Assembly (NCBI GenBank): GCA_965219085.1
Contig: OZ244720.1
Coordinates: forward strand, 96,001-160,000
Reading direction: 5' to 3'
Source: Dehalococcoidia bacterium
Lineage (GTDB): Bacteria; Chloroflexota; Dehalococcoidia; UBA2979
Length of the DNA: 64,000 bases
A program made the position numbers and the translations under genes. Below the pieces are notes generated by a model. It worked only from the letters and a program-made list of their open reading frames with translations. It did not search any database and was not told where the DNA came from. The first letter of the stretch is position 1; each line of letters starts with the position of its first letter. Positions 1-8,405 of this stretch are shown one piece after another.

Positions 1-63
1 GACCGGCCTCACCACCTACTCGCTGCGCCCGGTACCGCCGGGTGGCACACCAGATAGCGGCCG

Positions 64-525
64 GTGGTGAGCGGCGTGTCACCCGAACCGCGCTGGCCCG
101 CCGAGCCGCTCGAAGCGGTCGCTGCGTACTGGGAGCAGCAGCCCCTGTACGCGATGTTCGGCATCGAGCTCGAGGCGCTCGAGGAGGGCTACGCGCGCAT
201 CGGCGTCGAGCGCGACCGCGTGCCGCTGCGCGGCGTGCGCGACTCGCTCAACGGTGGTGTCGTGGCCTCGCTCGGCGAGGCCGCCGCGCAGCTATGCCTG
301 ACGACCCAGCTCAGGCCCGACGAGGTGCTGGGCGTGACGCACGAGGTGAGCGTCTCCTACCTGACCTCGGCGCGCGGCGAGCACACCGTGGCCGAGGCGC
401 GCCTGCTGCGCCGCGGCGGGCGCATCGCCGTCGCCGACGTCGAGCTGCGCGACACGACAGACGGCGCGATCAACGCCAAGATCCGCGTCTCGATGGGCAT
501 CGACCGCGTCGAGGCGAGCACGTAG
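64..525 (+). CDS. PaaI-family thioesterase (hot-dog fold)
   Basis: 153-aa ORF; LNGGVVASLGE helix and T.E.SVSYL...GGRIAVADVEL pattern typical of PaaI/4HBT. Confidence 0.85.
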   Translation: MVSGVSPEPRWPAEPLEAVAAYWEQQPLYAMFGIELEALEEGYARIGVERDRVPLRGVRDSLNGGVVASLGEAAAQLCLTTQLRPDEVLGVTHEVSVSYLTSARGEHTVAEARLLRRGGRIAVADVELRDTTDGAINAKIRVSMGIDRVEAST

Positions 526-606
526 ACCCCTCGCCCCGTCCGACACCGCGCGGGCGGTAGCGGCGGCCATGCGGTACGCTTTCCCCATAACGTGGAAGGT
601 GGGCGC

Positions 607-1428
607 ATGCCCCGCTACCTGATCGTCGCCGACCAGACCGTCACCAGCCCGGACCTCGTCGCGCGCGCCTCGCAACTCGCGCGCGCCGAGCCCGACTCCA
701 CGTTCTCGCTGCTCCTGCCCGCCCTCCTGCCCTCGCACATCCGCGGCGGGCCGTTCGACGCGGTCACGCGCGGCCGCGCCGAGCAGGCGAAGCGGCTGCT
801 CGCCGCCGCCGGCATCGAGGTGGGCCGCACGGCCGTCGGCGACGCCGCGCCGCTGCTCGCGATCGAGGACGAGCTCACCGAGCATCCTGACGCGTACGAC
901 ACGATCATCCTCTGCACCCTGCCGGAGGGCATCTCGCGCTGGCTGCGCATGAACGTCCACCGCGACGCGGCCGAGCGCTTCGGCCTGCCCCTCGTCCACG
1001 TCGAGGCACGCATCGCGACGCGGCTCGAGTTCCGCCGCGCGACGCTGCACGACCACGAACGCATCCAGGCGCTGTGGGACGAGTCGCGCCTCGACACCGT
1101 CGACGAGCACGAGTGGGACACGCTCATCACGAGCCCGGGCGCGATCGTGCTGGTGGCCGAGGAAGAGGGCGCGCTCGTCGGCGCGATCGTCGGCACCTTC
1201 GACGGGTGGCGGGCGTACGTCTACCACGTGGCCGTCGTGCCCGGCCGGCGTCGGCGTGGCGTCGCCAAGGCGCTGTTCGAGGAGGCGCAGGCGCACCTCG
1301 CGTACGAGGGCAACCGCATCGTCTACGTGATGGTGAACGAGGAGAACGAGGGCGGCATGGCCCTGCTGCACTCGCTCGGCTACCGCCAGCAGGGCGACAT
1401 CGTGATGGTCACCGAGATCGGCGAGTAG
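607..1428 (+). CDS. USP-like N-terminal domain fused to a GNAT acetyltransferase
   Basis: N-term YLIVADQT...D.IILCTLP..ISRWLR.. (USP-like); C-term GTFDGWRAYVYHVAVVP..RRRGVA (GNAT motif A); ATG 607 after GAAGG. Confidence 0.75.
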   Translation: MPRYLIVADQTVTSPDLVARASQLARAEPDSTFSLLLPALLPSHIRGGPFDAVTRGRAEQAKRLLAAAGIEVGRTAVGDAAPLLAIEDELTEHPDAYDTIILCTLPEGISRWLRMNVHRDAAERFGLPLVHVEARIATRLEFRRATLHDHERIQALWDESRLDTVDEHEWDTLITSPGAIVLVAEEEGALVGAIVGTFDGWRAYVYHVAVVPGRRRRGVAKALFEEAQAHLAYEGNRIVYVMVNEENEGGMALLHSLGYRQQGDIVMVTEIGE

Positions 1429-1479
1429 CCAGCGTCGAGGCCCGTCGCACGCCGCCCTGCGAACCACCTGCGACGCAGC

Positions 1480-1839
1480 CTACTGGCGCGCGAGCGTCTG
1501 CCCGAGCCACACCGCCGCGAGCGCCCCCGTCACGCTCAGCACGACGTTGAGCGCGACGTACGTCCACTCGCCGTCCTGCGCGAGCCGCAGCGTCTCCAGG
1601 CTGAACGTCGAGAACGTGGTGTACGAGCCGAGCAGGCCGACGAGCAGCGCGGTGCGCAGCTCGGCGGGCATCCCCGTGCGCTCGACGAGGAACGTCGCAA
1701 GGAAGCCGATGGCGAAGGAGCCGGTGACGTTCACGGTGAGCGTGGCGGCCGGGAACGTCTCGGGCTGCACGGCGCGGCCGACGCCGTAGCGCAGGAGCGC
1801 CCCGGCCGCACCAGCCACCGCGATCAGCGCGAGTTGCAC
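1480..1839 (-). CDS. crcB: Fluoride efflux channel CrcB/FluC
   Basis: GAAGALLRY, FPAATLTVNVTGSF, G.LGSYTTFSTFSLE signature motifs. Confidence 0.95.
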   Translation of the reverse strand: MQLALIAVAGAAGALLRYGVGRAVQPETFPAATLTVNVTGSFAIGFLATFLVERTGMPAELRTALLVGLLGSYTTFSTFSLETLRLAQDGEWTYVALNVVLSVTGALAAVWLGQTLARQ

Positions 1840-1880
1840 ATCGCCACGCTACGAGGCGCGTGGCGTTTGGGCCAGCGGGC
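1807..1880. repeat. Direct repeat copy 1 (crcB promoter plus first 11 codons)
   Basis: 74 nt, 6 mismatches to 3290-3363 by manual alignment. Confidence 0.9.
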
Positions 1881-1968
1881 GTGGGGCATGGGTCGGGTGG
1901 GGGTTGCAAACCCATTCGGAGATCCGTAGAGTCGCCGCTTTCCTCCGCGCGTGTGGGGGAGGTGAGCA

Positions 1969-3288
1969 ATGCGCGTTCCTCGTTCGGCCCCGCTGCTGTT
2001 GTTCGTCGTGCTGCTGGTGGCCGCATCGGCCTTTGCCGGTTGCGGCCGCTTCGAGGACCAGTCACTGACCGTGACCGCGTTTATCGGCAGCGAGGGTGCT
2101 GGCGAAGTGGTGCTGGAGTGGGCGGGCGGTCCCCGGGACGTGCAGCTCTGGCAGTATCAGTACCGCCGCCCATCCCCCCTCCGTGTCGTCCCGTGGGGCG
2201 ACGAATGGCGAGACATCCCGCTTGAAAGCGTGCGCCTCGCTCGGCACCGAGTCGAAGGATTGGAGCCCGGGCGGGGGTACCACTTCCGCATGCGCCCGGT
2301 GTCATGGTCCGGACTCGGAGCGCCATCCGAACTCGCCTCATCAGTGTCGTCGGAGGTTGGCATCGACGGCATCGTGATTGCCGGGCATCGCCTTGCGCTC
2401 GAACGTGGCGGCAGGTTCCGTCTACCAACCTCGGAGTACTGGACCTTCAAGGTACCGCCCGAGGGTATTTTCGGGGCCGAACTCCATCACTTCGATTTCC
2501 CGGGCGACGCGATCACAGAGCTCAAGTCCGACGCGGTTCTGTTCCTTGAGCCGAACACGGGCAGAGAAACGGGCAGGTGGATCCCCGAAGGCAGCCGCAG
2601 CGACGTGGGTCCGCTGTTCGACCAGATCGCCGACTCCGTGCGGTACCGGCCGGAACACCCCGTTGGCCCGCTCTACGCACTGGTAGGTGCAGACGCGGGC
2701 GTGATCGTGCTGGAGTGGGAGCATCACGGATCGGGCGTGAGTCGCTGGCAGTACCGACAGCGAGAACGGCACCGGATCGACCGGGGCGAGTGGGGCGAGT
2801 GGGGCGAGTGGAGTGCGTGGGCAGAAATCCCCGGCAGCGACGCCGGCGCGAGGGTGCACCGGTTGAGTGGGCTCCTCGGCGGCGTGTCGTACGGCTTCGA
2901 GCTGCGACCGCAGCCGTTCGGGGCTCTGGTCTTCGGCGCTGACGCGTCCCTGCCCGCTACGGATCCCGGCAGCTTCGTGTGGACGAGCAGGCCCGAAAGC
3001 GGTCGAACCTTCAAGCTCTCTGAAGACTTCGTCTTTGACGTGCCGCGTGGCTTGCACCTCCGACTACTGTCCTTCACCTACCATCCCGCCGTGGTGCCCG
3101 GAGTGGACGTGCGCACCACCGTACGACGACGCGCAACCGCGATGCTCGACCTAGAGACCGGGTCCACTTTGGTCGTCTACGCGCCGACGGGTGAGTACCT
3201 CGGTCGCCACGTCACGTCCAGGGGTGAGCGGCTAGGGGTCGACGCGCTGTTCGACCAGATCGTCGCGTCCATCCGGCCCGCTCCGTAG
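1969..3288 (+). CDS. Lipoprotein with two [fibronectin type III + PsbP/DcrB-like] modules
   Basis: GGAGG RBS; lipobox FAGC; two Fn3-like segments (VVLEW...WQY...GL.PG..Y.F..RP), each followed by a domain ending LFDQI..S[VI]R. Confidence 0.75.
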   Translation: MRVPRSAPLLLFVVLLVAASAFAGCGRFEDQSLTVTAFIGSEGAGEVVLEWAGGPRDVQLWQYQYRRPSPLRVVPWGDEWRDIPLESVRLARHRVEGLEPGRGYHFRMRPVSWSGLGAPSELASSVSSEVGIDGIVIAGHRLALERGGRFRLPTSEYWTFKVPPEGIFGAELHHFDFPGDAITELKSDAVLFLEPNTGRETGRWIPEGSRSDVGPLFDQIADSVRYRPEHPVGPLYALVGADAGVIVLEWEHHGSGVSRWQYRQRERHRIDRGEWGEWGEWSAWAEIPGSDAGARVHRLSGLLGGVSYGFELRPQPFGALVFGADASLPATDPGSFVWTSRPESGRTFKLSEDFVFDVPRGLHLRLLSFTYHPAVVPGVDVRTTVRRRATAMLDLETGSTLVVYAPTGEYLGRHVTSRGERLGVDALFDQIVASIRPAP

Positions 3289-3289
3289 G

Positions 3290-3363
3290 CGCTCCGGCCA
3301 CCGCGATCAGCGCGAGTTGCACGTCGCCACGCTAGGAGGCACGTGGCGTTTGGGCCCGCGGGC
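3290..3363. repeat. Direct repeat copy 2 (orphan crcB promoter and 5' end)
   Basis: Begins 2 nt after the stop of the 1969-3288 gene; encodes VQLALIAVAGA on the minus strand. Confidence 0.9.
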
Positions 3364-3472
3364 GGCCGACGCGGGTCGACGGCCGGACGATTCGATAGAC
3401 GCACTTCTGCATGTAGCAGGATTCGCGCGCACGCTCCCACAAGGCCCAGCAGCACCAGAGGAACGAGGCAAC

Positions 3473-4045
3473 ATGCCCACTGACAGCACCAGCGATCCGA
3501 CAGACGTCAACATCGCGTTGCTGCGCGGGATCAACGTCGGTGGCAAGAACAGGCTGCCGATGAAGGATCTCGCAGCAATGTTCGTGGACGCGGGCTGCGA
3601 CGACGTTCGGACCTACATCCAGAGCGGGAACGTGCTCTTTCGGACGGAGCCGACGCGAGGCGAGGACATCCCATCCCTCATCAGTGCGTCGATCCTGAGT
3701 CACTTCGGCTACCAGGTTCCCGTGGTTGCTCGCGGAGCCCGGGAGCTCGAAGCGATTGTGCAGGCAAATCCCTTCGTTGAAGGCGGGGCCGAAACCGACA
3801 AGCTGCACGTCGTGTTCCTGGCGGATCTACCCGACGCCGAGCACGTCGGGGCACTCGACCCGGATCGCTCGCCACCCGACGAGTTCGCCGTGCGAGGTCG
3901 TGAAATCTATCTCCACTGTCCGAATGGGCTCGCGCGCAGCAAGCTCACGAACAGCTACTTCGACTCCAGACTTTCGACCATCAGCACGATGCGGAACTGG
4001 AAGACCGTGCGGAAGCTGCTCGAGCTGGCCGCCGATGTCCACTGA
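3473..4045 (+). CDS. DUF1697 family protein
   Basis: IALLRGINVGGKN...VRTYIQSGNV...TMRNWKTV motifs. Confidence 0.9.
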   Translation: MPTDSTSDPTDVNIALLRGINVGGKNRLPMKDLAAMFVDAGCDDVRTYIQSGNVLFRTEPTRGEDIPSLISASILSHFGYQVPVVARGARELEAIVQANPFVEGGAETDKLHVVFLADLPDAEHVGALDPDRSPPDEFAVRGREIYLHCPNGLARSKLTNSYFDSRLSTISTMRNWKTVRKLLELAADVH

Positions 4046-4148
4046 GCGACGGCGCGTCTGCCGCACGACCGCCGGCCCGACCCACGCCGCACCGCCGACG
4101 CGGCTATCATGCGCGCGACCGCGAAGCGCGAGCACCGGGAGGGACGCC

Positions 4149-5264
4149 ATGACCACGGGACGCGTCGTCGTCTTCAAGGACCACGGACTGCCGTTCGAGA
4201 TCGAGGAGTACCCGGTCCCCGACCCGGAGCCGGGCGGCATCATCCTCCGCATCACCCAGGCCGGCGTCTGCGGCTCCGACCTCCACACCTGGCGCGGTGA
4301 CCAGCGGCGCGTCCAGATCCCACCCTCGGGCCGGAACATGGGCCACGAGGGCGCCGGGGTCGTCTGGGCGCTCGGCGAGGGCCGCACCACCGACTCGCTC
4401 GGCCGCCCCATCCAGGAGGGCGACCGCCTGATGTACGCCGCGATCATGCCCTGCAACAGCTGCTACCACTGCGGGCGCGGCGAGAAGAACTGGTGCTCGA
4501 ACCGCCAGACGGGCATCGGCGCGCGCATCGCCGGCGAGTTCCCGTACTTCACCGGCACCTACGCCGACTACTTCTGGATCCCCGCCGGCCACCCCGTCTA
4601 CAAGGTCCCCGACGAGCTCCCCGACTCGGTGCTCGGCTGGGTCAACTGCGCGATGGGCACCGTCACCGAGGGCCTGCTCCGCGCGGGCTGCACCGCCGGC
4701 GACTACGTCGTGATCCAGGGCGCGGGTGGCCTCGGGCTGAACGCGACCGCGCTGGCCAGGGACATGGGCGCGAACAAGGTGATCGTGCTCGACCGCCTCG
4801 CCAACCGCCTCGAGCTCGCCGAGGAGTTCGGCGCCGACCACACCATCAACATCGAGGAGTTCAACACGCACGAGGCGCGCCGCGACCACATCCTCGACAT
4901 CACCGAGGGGCGCGGCGCGAACATCGTGATGGAACTCGTCGGCCGCGCCGAGTTGCTCGTCGAGGGCCTCGACTACCTCACCAACGGCGGCACGTTCATG
5001 GAGATCGGCGACATCGTGCCGGGACGGACCGTCGAGCTCGACCCGTCGACGATCCTGCGCGGCAAACGCATCATCGGCTCCTCGATGTACCGGCCGGAGC
5101 TGCTGCCGGTGATGATGGAGACGCTGGTCAAGAAGATGGACACGGTGCCGTACGACAAGATCGTGTCGGACTTCTACCCGCTCGACCAGGTCAACGAGGC
5201 GTTCGCCAGGGCCGAGTGGAACGAGACCCAGACGCAGATCTCGCGCGCGATGCTCGTGCCGTAG
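4149..5264 (+). CDS. Zinc-binding alcohol dehydrogenase (MDR family)
   Basis: GVCGSDLH, GHEGAG, C..C..C.......C structural Zn cluster, GAGGLG Rossmann motif. Confidence 0.92.
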   Translation: MTTGRVVVFKDHGLPFEIEEYPVPDPEPGGIILRITQAGVCGSDLHTWRGDQRRVQIPPSGRNMGHEGAGVVWALGEGRTTDSLGRPIQEGDRLMYAAIMPCNSCYHCGRGEKNWCSNRQTGIGARIAGEFPYFTGTYADYFWIPAGHPVYKVPDELPDSVLGWVNCAMGTVTEGLLRAGCTAGDYVVIQGAGGLGLNATALARDMGANKVIVLDRLANRLELAEEFGADHTINIEEFNTHEARRDHILDITEGRGANIVMELVGRAELLVEGLDYLTNGGTFMEIGDIVPGRTVELDPSTILRGKRIIGSSMYRPELLPVMMETLVKKMDTVPYDKIVSDFYPLDQVNEAFARAEWNETQTQISRAMLVP

Positions 5265-5293
5265 CGGCCGGCGTCGACCGACCGAGTGCCTCA

Positions 5294-5329
5294 ACGTGCG
5301 CCGGCGGTGACGCCGGCGCGCTGAGTCAC
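5294..5329. repeat. Displaced duplicate of the pcp 3' end
   Basis: 36 nt, 7 mismatches to 6029-6064; minus strand reads VTQRAGVTAGAR-stop versus pcp VTQRAGGTAGAH. Confidence 0.75.
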
Positions 5330-5587
5330 GTGGCCCTGTCGGAGGCAGGCGCGCGGATGCTGATCCCTCGGTGGAACCATGCGTGGTCGGGCAACGTAGT
5401 TCATGCGAGTGGATGTTGGTGCTGGCGAGATGCCAGTAGGGCGCGAGGGCGCCTTCCCGCATGCCGGGGTCCCGGTACCACATGCGTAGCGCGCCGACCA
5501 CGGACCGCGCACGACGGTGGAACAGGGGACAGATCGCGATGCGAGTCCACCTGAAGCCGCCGGGCCGGCTTCGGCCAGGCGGCGGTC

Positions 5588-6013
5588 ATGCTCGTCCTCG
5601 CGGTCGTGCTCATCGTCGCACTCGGACGTGAGGACCACTGCGAGCCACGGGCCAGCCTGGACGACGCAGATCAATTTGTAGACATGACCATTGGCTGGAA
5701 GGTGGACCTCCCCATCACTGGCCTCGCGACGCTCATCTGGTCGAAGTCATCCCCGCCGTACGACCGCGGGGAAGATGCCGTGATTCTCGACATTCCCGAG
5801 GGGGTTGTGATGACGGACGTGAGGGTGGAACGGGGGCATGTCCAACCCGGGCAGCCAGAGTATGTGATCGGCATTTTTCTGGAGGACGGTTCGAAGCTCG
5901 TCATTGACCCCGCTGGTCACAGGTGGGACCGAGACTCAAGGAGCCGCGCTGGCGCCATCGCCCTGGACCGTATCCAGGCCTCGATTCGGACGCTATGCCC
6001 GGGCCAGCCGTGA
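5588..6013 (+). CDS. Membrane-anchored or exported protein with one domain related to the C-terminal modules of 1969-3288
   Basis: Hydrophobic N-terminus; ILDIPEG...LEDGSKLVIDP.G...ALDRIQASIR parallels VFDVPRG...LETGSTLVVYAPTG...ALFDQIVASIR. Confidence 0.65.
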   Translation: MLVLAVVLIVALGREDHCEPRASLDDADQFVDMTIGWKVDLPITGLATLIWSKSSPPYDRGEDAVILDIPEGVVMTDVRVERGHVQPGQPEYVIGIFLEDGSKLVIDPAGHRWDRDSRSRAGAIALDRIQASIRTLCPGQP

Positions 6014-6667
6014 CCCTGAGCTGCTGGTATGCGCGCCGGCGGTGCCGCCCGCACGCTGCGTTACCAGGTCACGCACGAACTCGATCGCCGCGCGCACGCC
6101 GAGCGCCTGCGCGTCGAGCGCCATCGAGGGTGTGCCGGCGCGCTTGTCGATGGTCTGCTCGGGCAGGTACGGGAGGTGGATGAAGCCGCCGATCGCGCCC
6201 GCGCCCGTCGCGTCGAGGCGGTCCATCATCGCGTAGAGGGTCTCATTGCAGATGTAGGTGCCCGCCGTCTCCGACACCTGCGACGGGGCGCCCGCCTCGC
6301 GCATCGCCGCGGCTAGTTCGCCGACGGGCAGACGCGCGAAGTAGCCCGCGGGCCCACACGCCACGAGCGTCTGCTCCGGCATCACGCGCCCCTCGGCGTC
6401 GCGGTCGATGAGCACGTTGACGCCGGTGCGTTCGACCGAGAGGTGCGAGCGTCCGCCGGCCTCGCCGAGGCCGATCCACGCGTCGAACCCGCCCGCCTCG
6501 AACGCCGGGATGAGCCGGTCGAACGAGATGCGGCCGCGCACGGGCAGCCGCAGCAACTCGAGGTCGACGCCGTCCGGCGGCGCGGCGCCGATGGCGCTCG
6601 CGACCTCCCACGAGGGGTTCACGCGCTCTCCCCCGAACGGTTCGAAGCCCGACAGCAGCAGCCGCAT
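5993..6667 (-). CDS. pcp: Pyroglutamyl-peptidase I
   Basis: LLSGFEPFGGERVNPS, AGTYICN, GFIHLPY catalytic motifs; GGAGG RBS. Confidence 0.93.
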   Translation of the reverse strand: MRLLLSGFEPFGGERVNPSWEVASAIGAAPPDGVDLELLRLPVRGRISFDRLIPAFEAGGFDAWIGLGEAGGRSHLSVERTGVNVLIDRDAEGRVMPEQTLVACGPAGYFARLPVGELAAAMREAGAPSQVSETAGTYICNETLYAMMDRLDATGAGAIGGFIHLPYLPEQTIDKRAGTPSMALDAQALGVRAAIEFVRDLVTQRAGGTAGAHTSSSGSRLARA

Positions 6668-6733
6668 GACGCCCTCCTCCGGTTGGCCCGTCGCGTGCAG
6701 TCTAGCGACCCGCCGATGCCGTAGGCTGCGCGC

Positions 6734-7600
6734 ATGGAAGTCTTCCTCCTCGACGGGACGTACGAGCTGTTCCGCCACTACTTCGGCGCGCCCCCGCACC
6801 GCGACGCCGAGGGCAACGACGCGGGCGCGGTGGTCGGGGTGCTGGGCTCGGTGGTGAGGCTGTTCGAGGAGGGCGTGACGCACCTCGGCGTGGCGACGGA
6901 CCACGTCGTCGAGTCGTTCCGCAACGACCTGTGGCCGGGCTACAAGACCAGCGCGGGCATGGAGGAGGGCATCCTCGCGCAGTTCGTTCCCCTTGAGGAC
7001 GCGCTCACGGTGATGGGCGTCCGCGTGTGGCCGATGGTCGACCTCGAGGCCGACGACGCGCTCGCCTCCGCTGCCCTCCAGGCCGCCGAGGACCCCGACG
7101 TCACACGCGTGGTGATTGCGACGCCCGACAAGGACCTCGGGCAGTGCGTCGGCGGGAAGGTCGTGCAGTTCGACCGCCAGCGCCGCGAGGTGCGCGACGC
7201 CGCAGCCGTCGAGGCGCGCTTCGGCGTGCCGCCCGCCTCGATCCCCGACTACCTGGCGCTGACGGGCGACAGCGCCGACGGCTTCCCCGGCCTCAAGGGC
7301 TGGGGCGCGAAGTCGAGCGCGACGGTGCTCGCCCGCTACGGCCACATCGAGGCGATCCCGCTCGACCCGGCGGACTGGGACATCACGGTGCGCGGCGCGT
7401 CTCGGCTCGCGACTGCCCTCGTGGACGGCTACGACGCGGCGATGCTGTTCCGCGACCTCGCGACGCTGCGCACCTCGGAGCCCGTCTTCGAGTCGGTCGA
7501 GGAGCTGCGGTGGGCAGGCCCCACTGCCGAGTTCGAGGAGTTGGCGAACCACCTGCGCTCGCCAGGGCTGCTCACGCGCGCGCTGGCAGCTGCACCGTGA
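6734..7600 (+). CDS. 5'-3' exonuclease / flap endonuclease (H3TH)
   Basis: LLDGTYELFR, EADDALAS, PDKDL.Q, YLALTGDSADG.PG..GWG.K. Confidence 0.92.
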   Translation: MEVFLLDGTYELFRHYFGAPPHRDAEGNDAGAVVGVLGSVVRLFEEGVTHLGVATDHVVESFRNDLWPGYKTSAGMEEGILAQFVPLEDALTVMGVRVWPMVDLEADDALASAALQAAEDPDVTRVVIATPDKDLGQCVGGKVVQFDRQRREVRDAAAVEARFGVPPASIPDYLALTGDSADGFPGLKGWGAKSSATVLARYGHIEAIPLDPADWDITVRGASRLATALVDGYDAAMLFRDLATLRTSEPVFESVEELRWAGPTAEFEELANHLRSPGLLTRALAAAP

Positions 7601-7655
7601 ACCGCCTCGGCGGTAGCATCCCGCGCACCGGCGCACGATGCATGGAGGCCCACTC

Positions 7656-8072
7656 GTGACGCTCGACGTGCAGCCGCCCGGCATCCCGCTGCCCCGGCCC
7701 CGGGAACTCACGCAGCCGCACTGGGAGGGCTGCCGCCGCGGCGAGCTGCTCGTGCAGCGCTGCGAGGACTGCGGCCACCACGTCTTCATCCCCCAACACG
7801 CATGCACGGCCTGCCTCAGCGAGCGCCTCGAGTGGGTGCCGAGCAGCGGCACCGGCGTCGTCTACAGCTACACGACGGTCCACCGCCCGCAGCAGCCGGC
7901 GTTCGAGACGCCCTACGTGTGCGCCATCGTCGAACTCGACGAGGGCTGGCACATGCTCAGCAACCTCGTCGGCCTCGAGGCGGAGGGCGTGCGCATCGGG
8001 ATGCGTGTCGAGGTCGCCTTCCATGCGGTCTCGGACGAGGTGACGCTGCCGTACTTCCGGCCTGCCGAGTAG
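7656..8072 (+). CDS. Zn-ribbon/OB-fold protein (DUF35, ChsH2-like)
   Basis: WEG...GELLVQRCEDCG..F.P...C..C, SG.GVVYSYT; GGAGG RBS before GTG. Confidence 0.9.
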   Translation: MTLDVQPPGIPLPRPRELTQPHWEGCRRGELLVQRCEDCGHHVFIPQHACTACLSERLEWVPSSGTGVVYSYTTVHRPQQPAFETPYVCAIVELDEGWHMLSNLVGLEAEGVRIGMRVEVAFHAVSDEVTLPYFRPAE

Positions 8073-8145
8073 CGGCGGGCGCCTCGAGCCCGGGGGGCCG
8101 CGTCTTGCCCGCGTCCCGCGTGTCGGCCACACTTGGTTGAGGCTA

Positions 8146-8221
8146 TCCCCGATAGCTCAATCGGTAGAGCGAGCGGCTGTTAACCGCTAGGTTCGTGGTT
8201 CGAGTCCACGTCGGGGAGCCA
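8146..8221 (+). tRNA. tRNA-Asn(GTT)
   Basis: Cloverleaf TCCCCGA...AGCGG-CT-GTT-AA-CCGCT...GGTTCGAGTCC...TCGGGGAGCCA. Confidence 0.97.
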
Positions 8222-8405
8222 ACACTTATGTCGCGCATCTCCCCTTCGCCCCGCGCCCGAGGTGACTACGCCCGATCCGCGTCGCAATCTACAGACCGAC
8301 AGGACAGCCGAGGCGGCGGTGGAGGCCGTCGATCGACCCCGTACATGTGGGGAGCGTCTGGCGCGGCGCCAGGCTGGCGCTCGAATTACTTCGAAGGGAA
8401 CCGCG

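Noticed and set aside
1840-1968. Fluoride riboswitch upstream of crcB
   Set aside because: No GATGG...TGATG.C consensus on the minus strand; crcB appears leaderless, leaving no room for one.
1807-3363. Diversity-generating retroelement TR/VR pairs (also 5294/6029 and 49778/49894)
   Set aside because: Mismatches are not confined to adenines and there is no reverse transcriptase in the window.
5993-7852. 619-aa ORF as a fusion protein
   Set aside because: Only the last 224 aa (pcp, with its own RBS) are real; the rest is antisense to the exonuclease gene.
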